Of a DNA stretch of 64,000 nucleotides, positions 37,909 to 49,749 are shown one piece after another. Origin of the DNA: Lepidodermella squamata (taxonomy: Eukaryota; Animalia; Gastrotricha); contig JBLDXI010000036.1 in NCBI GenBank assembly GCA_047495785.1, positions 310,001 to 374,000 on the forward strand, read 5' to 3'. The notes under the pieces are model-generated. The model saw nothing but the letters and a program-made list of their open reading frames with translations. It was not told the DNA's origin and did not search any database. The position numbers were made by a program, and so were the translations under genes. Every line of letters begins with the position of its first letter. Within the stretch, counting starts at the first letter, position 1.

Positions 37909-38205
37909 CTACCAGGCTGGGCGATCCTCCATCGCTTCGTACCGTGCTGCCTCCACCGGTTGCGCCTCCTCCTCGCGGCCGGGCCAGGATAATTTGACGC
38001 ACATCAGACCGCCGTGCCCGTTTTTTACAAGCTTACCCGGAGCACCCTTAGCAAGTGCGCAGCGATCTCCTTCCTTTCGTTCTGCGACTGCCATGAGAGT
38101 AACAGCGGCCTATGTGGAAATGAAACATCAGGCTACAAAGGCTATACATGACGTAAAGACGCTTCTCACCAAAACGACGATCGCCAATGTAAGCTTAGTT
38201 GCCAT
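37909..38205 (-). CDS. Peptide family copy F (exons 38205-38170, 38109-37909; 78 aa; first module intact, second frameshifted)
   Basis: MATKLTLAIVVL|AAVTLMAVAERKEGDRCALAKGAPGKLVKNGHGGLMCVKLSWPGREEEAQPVEAAR...; the alternative frame ends LVEFGHALVCGRR* at the stop homologous to copy D (37874-37876). Confidence 0.75.
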
Positions 38206-40485
38206 GAGTAGTTGAATGGTTAGAATGAAATATTTCGACTTTATCTTTAAGATAGAAACGTGAATAATGAACTGAGCAGAGTTTGGCTGCTTTATAAGCA
38301 CTTTGCCAGTCATTCAGTGTCTACGTCAGCACTCGACCGACTTGGCGAAGATGCAGAAAGTTAATTTCACGCCATTTGGTTCTATTTCCGGCAAACTGTT
38401 ATGGCGCGCAAGTCGCGATATTCACGGTGGATTGATAAATAAGATAACTGAGCGCGCAGCGCGGCTGATTCAACAAATTCAAGTTATTGTGAAACCATCA
38501 AACAATGATGGAAAATTGACAGAGGCGTCGGTACAGCGGTCTAAAATGCCAAGTGCGTTTTTCTAAAATTTTACAGGAGGCGAAAACACATAATTATGCA
38601 ATTATGTAATTACTATTTATCATGGATCTTGGAATTTTCTGAATTTTCTGTTGAAAACCGAAGCGGAACTTGAAGGTCGAAAATCGCTAAGCCAATGATG
38701 CAGGTGATCATGAAACAGGCAGAGACAAGAGACAAGCCAGTGTTCGACATCCCGGAGTCGTTGCTATGACACCAGCCAGGTAACACGACAACGCCGTGGG
38801 GCGAAAACAGGGGCCAAGGAGACGTAGAATTGAGATCGCGGCGCCGAGACAAGATGTCCAGCAAGTTTCAGGCGTTGAAGTCAAACATCACCGAGGCTGC
38901 CCCAATGACCGTGAACAAGGAGATGCGTAGCCATAACCCATAACCAGTGAGCTATCGGCAAATCGACGAACATCAGTGGTGATAAACTGAACGCCATTGA
39001 CATCGACCAGCGAAGCGCCAGAAGTCATCGGCCCAGGCGATACCTCTTTCAGCATAGCGTTGGCATTGTGGACGAATTAGAACTGGGTAGCGAAGTGGGT
39101 GGCCGTCCGGCAAGGATTTTGGTTCGATTCATTCTGTCAAAGAAATGTCAAGACTTGGCCAGGCACAATTCAAAGTTCTATTCTATTCTATTCATATTAT
39201 ATGCTACTTTATTGAGAATGAATCGAACATTGAGATCTGCCATTCATGACCTTTATTATCACAGAGAAATAACTGAAGCGAACATGGCATTGCCTAATTG
39301 ATAATCACATGATATCACAAGCTAGTTAGCTCTTATACGATGGCGGGATGCCAGCCGGCAGATCTTTACATTCCTTTAACACTTTGCTAGAAGGTATTCA
39401 CGCATTGGAAAAAACATCCTGCAAATTTCGATTCTTAGCTCCGGGCTTCGGATTTGCTCAATCTAAACCGTCACTCGAAATTTCACAAAACAGGACGGTG
39501 GTCTATTCATATACTTGATGATTTTCCTAGAAGAGTTAGATTTTTACTGATTTGATACTAGGTGAGGCGGCAGGAACAACTCATGATCATGATACATGAC
39601 CCCTTGAATAATATTAATCGTGATGCTCAGTCAATTTACCCAAATACAATTACTACAAAAACTTGAATCTACAATCACACGGTACCATAAAATTGTCTTC
39701 AAAAATGATGTCATACTTAATTTTGGAGGTTTGCTTTGTTTTTTGCAAACGAACGGATAACATGGAGTTTATAGTAAAACTGCCCAGTGTAGAAGATGGG
39801 AATTTTACCGAAAGTGGGTATAGGTAAGTGTCTCCCCCCCCCCCCTCCTAACATCGCTGATGTGCATAAATAACCACTGTGCTAATGTGCACACAGTTGG
39901 CATGTTTAATCGCGCTAGGAAATCTCGAAAAACTTGGCACTTTCGAGAATTTCGTTGAATTTGTACAATTTGACTGCGCCATCATGTCGGCCGTATGAAA
40001 ATAGGCTAGAAACATTCAAAATCTCATTTTTTTTAATGGCGACTTGGCCTGATCCACATATCGATGTGTTTAGAGAAACAGACGTAGAACGCTCGACCGA
40101 GTTCTGTGCAAAAGTTCAACGATAAATTCATGTCTCTCACAACGTTTTAGTTGCTGGAACAGCTTCAAGCTTCAAGCCTGATGTGTCAAGGAAGCGTTCT
40201 CGGATACTCGGGCATCAGTAGAGCTGACGGCAACTCTACCAAGCACCATTGACCTGAACGTTCGCGAGTTCGAGGTTGAAAAGAGCGAGATCAGGGCGAC
40301 TCGTGTACCCAATAATGCAATATTCCGATGTAGCAGACTAAATGAACGCGAGATGAAGACAATGACCAGGGAAACACTATTGGGACTATTGCTGCCCTTG
40401 GGAATCGGAATGACGACAAGTCTTAACATTCTCACTTAATAATGATTATAAAATTCTATCGAAAAGTTATCGCGGTTTATTTGAA

Positions 40486-40842
40486 TCAGTTTTTGCTATA
40501 GACTACAGTTTTCTTATCGAGTGGTTGTTCAAGAGAAGGCGCACACTCCGCATATAGGTTGCACTGTGTTGAGCCGATGGTGATATCGAAGGCGGCGCAC
40601 TGTTCCGTGGCCGAGCACAGTTGGGCGCAGTTTTCAGGCTTCGAAACGGCATAGCGACGGAATTGTGGCAACTTGCAGCGGTGACTCACAAGCGAGTAAC
40701 TGGCAATGACCGGCTTTGAAAGATGACCTGAGTCGAATTTCGGAGGTGCGGCCTGATTTAAACGACCCAAGGTGATTATTGTGGCTGCTATTAGGCAAAT
40801 TACAATGATGACTGTGCACACGTCGTAAATTTTTGCCGGCAT
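40486..40842 (-). CDS. Small single-exon protein: signal anchor + PAN/Apple domain
   Basis: Hydrophobic N-terminus; ENCAQLCSATEQCAAFDITIGSTQCNLY is a PAN Cys pattern. A remnant of its 3' end lies at 56800-56850. Confidence 0.75.
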   Translation of the reverse strand: MPAKIYDVCTVIIVICLIAATIITLGRLNQAAPPKFDSGHLSKPVIASYSLVSHRCKLPQFRRYAVSKPENCAQLCSATEQCAAFDITIGSTQCNLYAECAPSLEQPLDKKTVVYSKN

Positions 40843-41926
40843 TATTATAGTAATTGAGCGATGATGGAAAAGTGTAAATAATATATCAACGAATACAAAT
40901 TACTACTACGAATGCTTTGTTGTTCCGTGTTCGCAGTACTCTCTCTGTGTTATCAGCTGTATTTTGATCTTTTTGTCATCCGAAGTGACGAAGAATATTA
41001 TTACAGCGACTATTTTACTGACAAAAATATATGTTTGGCTTGAATAGAATAGAACTTCACCTCTTGAATTGAGCAACTCGAACCTTCTTATAGGATTTGA
41101 GTGACAATCATTTCCCTCAATTTTCCTGCATTAGTGACTAGCGACGTATTATCTCCGAGCTGGGGAATATTTTGGAGTAATTTTGGGGTAAAGGCCTCCC
41201 TGGGGTGTTTCCGTGTCTTCATTTCGGAACCTTGGAACCTTGACCTTGGAACCAACCTTGGCCCAAGGTTCCAAGGTCACGAAATGAAGACACGGAAACA
41301 CGGATTTCGCAGAGTCAAAGTCCAACTACGTGTTGCTCTGATGGTCGATATGATAGCATCAATGGGATCAATGGGGCTTGGCAGCACGCGATTCTAACAA
41401 TTGATTAATATACAGTACTCCCTCGATAAAAGCACTGGGAGCCAGACCCGTTCGTTTAACAAGGGTGCCGTACCTTACGAAAAAGCAAAAAATTGGCACC
41501 ATGTGGGGCGCTAATCCTCTTCCGATCGTAAACAGCCCTCGATAAGGAAACGGTCTTATAAAAAGGTTGCCTTTAACGAGGGAGCACTGTAGTATGAAAA
41601 AAATGACACCCACCAACCCGACCAGCCCCACTGTCGCGACCGACCCAGCAACAAGTAGTTTGACACTGCATATACAGACTAAGATCTTCTAACTCCCCGC
41701 CCCGCAACATCTCTTCCTGTATCCCACGCGGATTGCTCTCTGGGTACCCACGGCAATCCTCTCTAGAAAAACGAAAAATACGATTCATAACGAAATTATA
41801 ATTGAAATATCGCCATTGATGAAAGCATTGAGGCAATGCGCTCTAAAGACGTATTCAGCTAAAATGTCGACTATCCAATAGCCAAAACAAATAAACTTAC
41901 TTTTGTTTTGAACTGTCATTTTTTTC

Positions 41927-42090
41927 ATGATCTTAAATAGAAGCCTCACTGCCATCCTTTCTTCCATTACCATTATTTTACTACTCGGAATAGCTTCTCA
42001 CCACAATAATCGATCCAAAGGCTGCGAACAAGTGCGGCTAAATAACAACCGATCGAGCGGAATTGAATGGCTCGAAAAAATCTACCGAAA
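41927..42090 (+). pseudogene. Glycosyltransferase-like copy 6, truncated after the stem
   Basis: MILNRSLTAILSSITIILLLGIA...SSGIEWLEKIYR matches copy 7, then homology stops. Confidence 0.8.
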
Positions 42091-42349
42091 TCTAGCAAAT
42101 TTTCCAAATCCATTTAAGTGGTTGAAACGTCGTAATTTTTTTCTTAGTGGTGCATTAGGGTCCATCTTATCTTGCAACGTGAAAGAAATGTTGATGCCAA
42201 GGAAGGAAACCAATCAACAAGCGGTTCGCCGACAAATTTTAACATCAAGCAACGTCAGAAATTTCTCAAATTTCATGATTTAGTTATTAATCCAGCCACG
42301 AAAACTTGAAAATTCTCTTGAAACCTTTAGCTTCAGTTCTCAAGCAATA

Positions 42350-43095
42350 GAGCAATAGAGCTTGGACCGATTTCGAAACTACAACTGGACATCTCTAAAT
42401 GAGTTCCGCGACTGGAACGCTTCCCATCATTTTGGTCAACGCGCCGCGCCGGGTTTCAGGTGCCACTGTCGATACTTTCAAACGCAGTATGTTTGCGGCC
42501 ATTCGTTGGGCTTCGATGTTCAGGTTCTTAACAAGCCGAAACCCATCTGGGTCCAGTTGGAGCTTTCAAAGCTGGAAAGGTGCAACAAGCCCGGGCGTCC
42601 ACCGAGAGACAAGCCAGCTTTAAAAGTTGACGTTCCAGCTGTGACACCGTTGCCTGGCTGGGATGTAGACCAGGTTTCTCGCCTCGCTACGAGCAACACG
42701 CTGATCCTAAATTCATGTTGAGTTGAACATGTTTTCGAAACATTTTTTCATTGACTTATATGGCAATAATTATGGGGACTTAACTTATTGCCGATGGTGA
42801 ATCCTCAAGAATCGAACTTCTGTCTAAAACGTTAAACCGAAACGCCTTGAATTCAAAACAATAATAGTAGTACGTAGTACACACTATGTACTACTGATCC
42901 AAATTGTTGACTGATCACTGCTACATATTAAAACGATGAATGGTCCAAACCTTTGTTTCGTCTCACTGTGTTCACTTTTCCTGTCCTAAATCTGAACCTG
43001 TCCTGAAATTATCTGTTGCTTTTTCCTTCAAACATTGTCAAGCTGCCCTCTCTTGGGTGTCATAGCTTCTAAATAAATAAATAATAAAATAAATA
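42350..43095 (+). mobile_element. Degenerate LINE-like fragment
   Basis: Ends in a (TAAA)n tail at 43071-43095; coding resemblance is weak. Confidence 0.35.
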
Positions 43096-44547
43096 CACAA
43101 ACAGCCGTCATGAAATGTCGTGGTCTTTACTCTTCAACAATCGTCAATAACTGCCATGAACCGCCGGTTTGTTATCCTTGCTGCAGTCCTCCTATTTTTT
43201 TCGCAACTCGAAAGTGTCTGCTTCTGGAAAGAAATTACAAAAAAGTGTACTTACATTTGCATTTTTTTTGTAATTTTTTCGATTTTTCGCTAAGCCGTAG
43301 TCCATTAGTTCGAAGGTCGCAAAACTCGCGAAATTAGATATTACGGGATTGAAAAATCGATCAAGCACGCGAGTGACTTGGCAAAGGTGCGGGAATTTAG
43401 TTTTACGCCATTTGAGTCTATTTCCAGCACACTGTTATGGCGCGATATTCACGATGGCTTGAGAAATGAGATAACTAAGCGCGCAGTGCGGCTGATTCAA
43501 CAAATTGAAGAAATTATCAAACAATCAAACAATGATGGAAGATTGACAACGGCGTCTCGGTACAGCGTTCCGAAAGTCCGAAAGTGCCAAGTGCTTTTTT
43601 CCATACCGTATTTAACGAATTATAAGACCCTGCCCTGTATTTTTTTCAAACGAGGTTCAAGTCCTGCCTTGTATTTGGGGTCTGCCCTTTAATTCGGCTC
43701 TGCCCTTTAATTTTTCGAACCTAATCAGTCACCTGAAGAGTACCTAGATCAACCGCCGAATATCCACAGTAGCTACTGCCATCCACCATCCACCTGTGAC
43801 TACACGCGTGGAAAGTGTGTGCTCAAGTGGATTAAGGTGGATAAAGGACGATTAGTGCACTTACTGACGACAAATCGCAACCTATCCAACTTTAACAAGT
43901 TACCAGCAGGCGCTCATGTAAGCCAAACGGTCGTTGAATTGAGATCGTGGCGCCTGCGACAAGCTGTCCATATTTTCATATTTGAAGTCAAACATCAGCG
44001 AGGCTGCCCCAACCGTGAACAAGGATATGCGTACCCATACTCAGTGAGCCGTCGGCAAATCGAGCGCGCAAGCCAGTGCGAGACCTTGAGCTTGAGGGCT
44101 GGCTCGAGGAAATGCCGCCACTCATAATTTATTATTCGTTACATAGTGTGAGCAAGCCATTAGAAGGCGTTACGGGCTAGTATTATCCATATAGTCCATC
44201 TTGAAATCTGGTTTCATGGCTACTATCCTCTACTTCTGAGACTTGGAAGTGTCGACTTTCCCGTCTCAAAGTCGTTGCTATGACACCATTCTGGAATCTC
44301 GACAACGCCATGAAGCGAAGACAGGGGTTCAACAGTCGTTGAATCGAGATCGTGGCGCCCGAGACAAGCTATCTAGAGAGTTGCGGGCGTTGAAGTCGAA
44401 CATCAGCGAGGCTTTCCCAATCAATGCTTGACCGTGAACAAGGAGATGCGTAGCCATAATCAGTGAGCCGTCGGCAAATCGAGCGCGCAAGCCAGTGCGA
44501 GACCTTGAGCTTAAGGGCTGGATCTAGGAGTCAACCGACAGTGGTGA

Positions 44548-45035
44548 TGTTGGGGCCCGAGTCCGCATTCTACCCGTACGCGCTCGGGTCGCTTTAAAAC
44601 ATGCCCGTATGCGACATTTACTGTAAATTTAACAAATTTGGAAGAAACACGCTCCACCGCACACGGGCCGGCCAAGGTGTCGGCCCAAGCACGGCGGAGA
44701 ACAATAGGAACCAGAGCTATTGTTAGGCACCAACCCGGGCCGTCGGGCTCGGGCATCTTAAATCGGACCGCCGGGCTAGGGTCGCCGGGCTCGGGACATC
44801 CTACAACCAACACCCAACCCGATAACTGTATCAAGTCCCGGCCCAAGCCCGGCGGCCCGAGTACGACGCGCGCGAGGGCCTAACAATAGCGCTGGTTCCT
44901 ATTGTTCTCCGCCGTGCTTGGGCCGACACCTTGGCCGGCCCGTGTGCGGTGGAGCGTGTTTCTTCCAAAGTGCTATTACCCGGCCGCATACGGGCCGGCC
45001 CGCGTACGGGTAGAAATCGGGCTCGGGCCCCAACA
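44548..45035. mobile_element. GC-rich foldback MITE (hAT-like)
   Basis: Terminal IR GTTGGGGCCCGAG...TACCCGTACGCG plus an internal ~90-bp near-perfect IR (44638-44728 / 44878-44969). Absent at the paralogous site near 38980. Confidence 0.75.
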
Positions 45036-46169
45036 GCAATAAGCCGAACGCCATTGACCAGCTAAGCGCCAGAAAACATCGTTGAAGTCGATGCCGCAAC
45101 ACCACACCCCCAGTTCAGCAGTCGAAGGTGGGAAAAACCATAAAGACCACAGGGAGACCCTTTAAAATGGGCCTGAAAATACCCCATAGTTCGAGGATCT
45201 TACGTCTCGCACAGTGAACGTATTCCGTAGAAGCGTGATGGGTGGCCGTCCGGCAAGAATTTTGATTCGATTCATTCGATACATTGGCGCCCGCTTAGCA
45301 GGCGCCAATGTATACACACGGTGAATTTTCTCAAATTTCGGATCACTGATAACCGCGTAGACTTCACTGAGGGGTTCTAAATTCTCAACTAAAGACATGT
45401 AAGAGGTCAGCGCACGTAAGATTCGTCATCAGCATGGTCGATTTGATAAGAAAGCCCAGATAGTAATGTGAATTTATGAAAAGGTTAGCATATCAGATTC
45501 ATGCACGGGCGAGAACTCTTGTAACATGGCTGATTAGTTCACTCCTTGGGGTGATGGGTTACTCCCCGAAGGTTTTACTGTTGTTTTTCTTACTCAACAT
45601 ACAGTGAAAGTTGTTTAAACCGGACCGGTCTTAACCGGACGATTTCGGGTGGCTCGATCCGAAAGTGTGGACTTTACATTATAATTTTATTGTCTAAACC
45701 GGACTGGTGTATAAACCGGACGGATTTGTGGCTCGAAGTCCGGTAAAAAAATAAAAAGTCCAATTTTCTATATAATTTTGAAGGAAGTGCCAGCCCCTGC
45801 CTGACAAGAGTAGCCTCAAAATTTCGAAAAAAATTTAACTTCCAAATTATTGCGAATATAGCTGAATATGTTGATTATTTATATTAAAATTGTCGATTCC
45901 GTACTCAAAAACTATGGGTGTATATTTTTTCATCAGCTAATTCCACGTTTTGTCAGCTAAATCCAGTTTTCGTCAGCAATACCTTTTTCTGTCAGCAACG
46001 ACACTTTTTTACAGCTAAACTACTATTTATCAGCTAATTTAACATAAATTTCATAGTTATGATTATTAACCTTAAGGGCGAAATTTTGGATATTTAAAGG
46101 CCTTAAAATCATGAATCAATATCTTCGCTAACATTTATTTTTACTAACGCTGTATTGCTATAAAACGTC

Positions 46170-47043
46170 ATGCGTCGAATGACGGGGTTAAATATTAGAA
46201 CCCCGTCTCCTGTGAAGTCATCGTCCTCGGATGAGTCGGATCTGCCAACCCCTGGCAAAAGGGGCCGATGTCATTGCAATGCCCCTAGGCACAAGTTCAA
46301 GCCAGCGACGACGCTAGCCGATGCGCTAAGCTGGGTTAAGCTCAACCACCCCATGCTAGTTCCAGACGCCGGTGTCAAGGAAACTGCTGATGGCTACTCC
46401 CAGAATCTGCTCGTGGTCGATCTGCACCTGGTCGAGCTCGTGTCACTCGTTCTGTGAGCGAAGCCGATGAAATCGAATCGCAGGATCAAGCTGCTCCAGT
46501 TCGAGGCCGTGGTCGCGGTCGCCCACCTGGTCGAGCGCGTGTCACTCGTTCTGGGAGCGAAGCCGATGAAATCGATCAAGTTACTGCTACTCGAGGCCGG
46601 GGTCGTGGTCGCGGTCGCCTGCAAGCCGAAAATCCTGTCGATCTAATTGAATCATCTGAAACTGTTCCCGCAGGTCCCGGTCGCGGTTTCCTCAGTCCGA
46701 CAAATTCGCTGTTTTCATGGAATGTAATACACATTCAATATTTGTTTAACGAGATTCTACATCTATCATTTCTTAGGATTCGTTCGAGTTGCGACCGGGC
46801 ATTTATTGCCATGCAAAGCTGGCCACGCCAAAAACACCCGACAGCGACGGCGAGGCGGAACGTTGCTATCAATGCGGCTCGACCCTACACGTTGCGGCAA
46901 CGCTGGACACCTGGTGTAACCGATGCAACTTACCCCCAATCAAGATCGAAGGCTACGCCAACACAGAAGACCTTAGTTACATGGCCCGCTTTGTTGAACG
47001 TCAGAAGGCCAAGAATTTACGCCGCCTGCTTAATGATGCATGA
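46170..47043 (+). CDS. Probable spliced accessory gene of the layer-3 element (AT-hook/RG repeats + Cys/His cluster)
   Basis: Repeated RGRGRGRPPGRARVTRSGSEADEI units; last exon after ttcttag at ~46777 encodes CYQC...H...WCNRC. Exact splicing unresolved. Confidence 0.45.
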
Positions 47044-47236
47044 AATTAACGCTTCAATCTCTAATTAAATCAACACGCCGCTCGTTCCATGATCTTTGAA
47101 CATTAATTCGTTAACTAAATTGATGTAATATTCTCTGCTTATAGTAGTCGCCAATAAATCCACTGGTCAGTTCAGCGTGGACAATTTCTATGCTCTATGC
47201 TTTATGCTCTTTTTAAATTAGCTAAATTAGCTTTAA

Positions 47237-49749
47237 CCCTCTAATGCCGGCAGCTTCTCGGCTTTATACAAACTGAGTTTACTCAATCGGTCAAAACTGG
47301 CTCAAAATGAGTATATACAGCAATCTACGTGTGTTTACTCAACCGGGACCTCCTTTTTGGACTTTGAATTATGAAACTGAGTATACACCTGTGCCAATTG
47401 AGTTTACTCGTGCAAAAAAATTGTATAAATACGCACTTGAGTTAACACCGGAAGAGCGCAACACCACATATATTTTATTCATGAAATTCTCAAACAATTG
47501 AAAAAATTAAAGAAATTGCCGCGAGTAGCCTAAACCAAAGGTCGACATGATTCGTCGGCACGACCAGCAGTTAAACAGCAGCACAGGTAGATGGTGGATG
47601 CGGCAATTGGCGGGGTTGCGGGGCGCTGATGAAAATCGCTGTGAAGCCGCGACAGGTATGGGCAATTGCCCCTACAGCGTCACTTGTGATGGAAGATCAC
47701 AGACGGCCCTGGCAGCGGATTCATAATGTAGCCAAAGTGGGACCAACTTAACCACCCGCCGTCACCACCTAGGCCCAGAACCCGCACCTTGGGAACCACA
47801 CTATCCCGATCCTTAAAATTTTCCCAAATTTAGAGTGGATGAGCAACTAGGATTTCGTTAGAAATCCCAGTTACCCCCCCGACCCGTCTTGAAATTGCAT
47901 CGCAATTTCCCATGAAACTTTCGTTTCAGCCAGCCGAGGGCCGGCGCGAAGGACAATCCTTCGAGTTTGCGGTGTGTTCGCCACCACAGTTGCAGCAACG
48001 AACACCCCGCAAGCAAGTCTTCACGTCGTGTTTGCGACCACATCGTAAGCATCGCGTCTCATCAGAACAGTTTCGAGCCAGGTGGCCATATCGCTGGCAG
48101 TTGAAACATTGAACCACATCAGGTTGCTTGACAATGAACCATGAACCATCGGAATCTTAACATGAACGGCTTGCAAATCAGGCCGTTTTTCACGCAATTT
48201 TCAGCAAGATCGTAGTCGTTGAGCTCGAACATAGCTTGTTTGCCGCGCAGTTCGACCATCTTAGTCATCTTGTCGCCAAAGGCAGCCTTGATCGCAGTCG
48301 TTGATACAGCGTCAGTGTCGAAGTTGGTCAACACAATTCGGTATTTTGGCTTAGCAGCTTGAATGATTTTCGCACCAGGAATCTTTTCCAGACATCGGAT
48401 CTGAGCCGCCTGTTCGCTCGAATCGAGACGAATAGACAGCCCATCTGCTGTTGGTTTACAGCTCTTGAAGCTGGCGTTCGGTGCCAAAGCCACGATTTTC
48501 GACCAGAGTTGTTTCCGGTCGCAGTTCGGATTCGTTTGGAGTAGAACCGTAGTTTCGCTTGTTTTCTTAGGCGGTAGAATGGGCTTCACACGTTTTTCTA
48601 CAATCGGTTGAGTTTCAGTTGACTGATTGATTTTCACAGGTTGTTGTTGGGTCTGCGTACCCATCTCGCCGGTTGTTGGCTTGTCATCGTCGTGGTACTC
48701 GGGGTCGTTCATGGAGTGAATTTGCCCTCGTAGATCCATTTCTTTCAACATGAGAATGATAAGGTCCATCCCTTCAGGGCAGCTTGTTTGCTTGTGAATT
48801 TCCTCGATGATGTTGAGGACTGCTGGCGTGTAATCTTGATAGTAGATCGCACGGCGTGTCGAAGGAAACATTTCATCTAACAATTTGCGAGCATAGGGAA
48901 AAGCATTCAGCTTCTCGGGCGTGGTTTGACCTCTTCTAGACGCCATTCATAAAGAGCTCGTAGAGCCAGTTGCTTGAAAACGGTCGATTGCCACGTGGTC
49001 GGTGATGACGAAATTGGACGAGGAAATATCGCGTAAAAAATTAACCGACAAATAATCGATTAGTTTTCAGAGTTTTAAACAAAAACAAAGAAGCACCCAA
49101 TAGGGATTTGCTCCTGCGCAAACTAGTTGATAGCACGGAATCGAAGTTGCTACTAACCTCAGAAAATTTAATATTCAATCGCAGGTGCGATAAAGCCATA
49201 AACTAAGTAATATTGATGTGTGATTTTGCGCTCTCCCTGGCTGCCTTTTATTTCTGAGCAGGCATTGTGAGAAAGAGCTCAGTATTGAGCAACAATTGCG
49301 AGCTGATTATTGTTACGCAACAGTGTGTTGCGCAACACCAGACCGCGACCTAAATTCTGGTCACCCCGAAAAATTATTATTTACCACTAAACATTTAAAA
49401 AATGACTGTAAATATAAGTTAGCGGCGCCCGGCATGAGTAAACTCAATTGGCAACTGACTTTACACACAACTGAGTCTAAAACCATTCACTCAAAACCGG
49501 CCGTCCGGGCGGCCGCCATGTGTTTATACAAAAAATTGATTGAGTATACACACAAATCATCCGACCACCTGACGCGCGCACTCACCTGTGTTACGTAATC
49601 AACGCGCCGACTTTGCGGTTTTCGGAATCGGGGAGCCCTGATGGCCAACTACAAAATTGCCAAGCGGCTAGGCCGGCAAAAATCAGGAAGTATGAAAATT
49701 CAAGGTGAATAGCGCCAGTTTGAGTATACACGTTTTCGGCATTAGAGGG
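47237..49749. mobile_element. Non-autonomous piggyBac-like element, layer 4
   Basis: TTAA|CCCTCTAATGCCG ... CGGCATTAGAGGG|TTAA; repeated subterminal TGAGT(A/T)TAC(A/T)C motifs at both ends; no transposase inside. Confidence 0.9.
47926..48946 (-). pseudogene. Non-LTR retrotransposon ORF1/gag-like gene with three CCHC knuckles, broken by a 7-bp duplication
   Basis: CFNCQRYGHLARNC, CLRCGRKHDVKTC, CCNCGGEHTANSKDC. Removing one copy of ATGGTTC (~48135-48148) joins ORFs 48119-48946 and 47926-48117 into ~337 aa (FRWFIVKQPDVVQCFNC). Confidence 0.85.

Larger units (their letters stand above)
38330..42090 (+). repeat. Segmental duplication unit A, colinear with 43375-58395
   Basis: Ordered homologous blocks: 38335~43375, 38755~44270, 39098~45240, 39215-39380~50900-51068, 39500-39700~56470-56697, 40470~56800, 41188~57916, 41690-42090~57970-58395. 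Confidence 0.85.

Noticed and set aside
40030-40440. Possible + strand exons ending in a hydrophobic tail
   Set aside because: No recognisable motif, no consistent splice model and no paralogue in the duplicated segment.
48110-48150. Programmed ribosomal frameshift in the gag-like ORF
   Set aside because: No slippery heptamer; a 7-bp tandem duplication fully explains the frame break.
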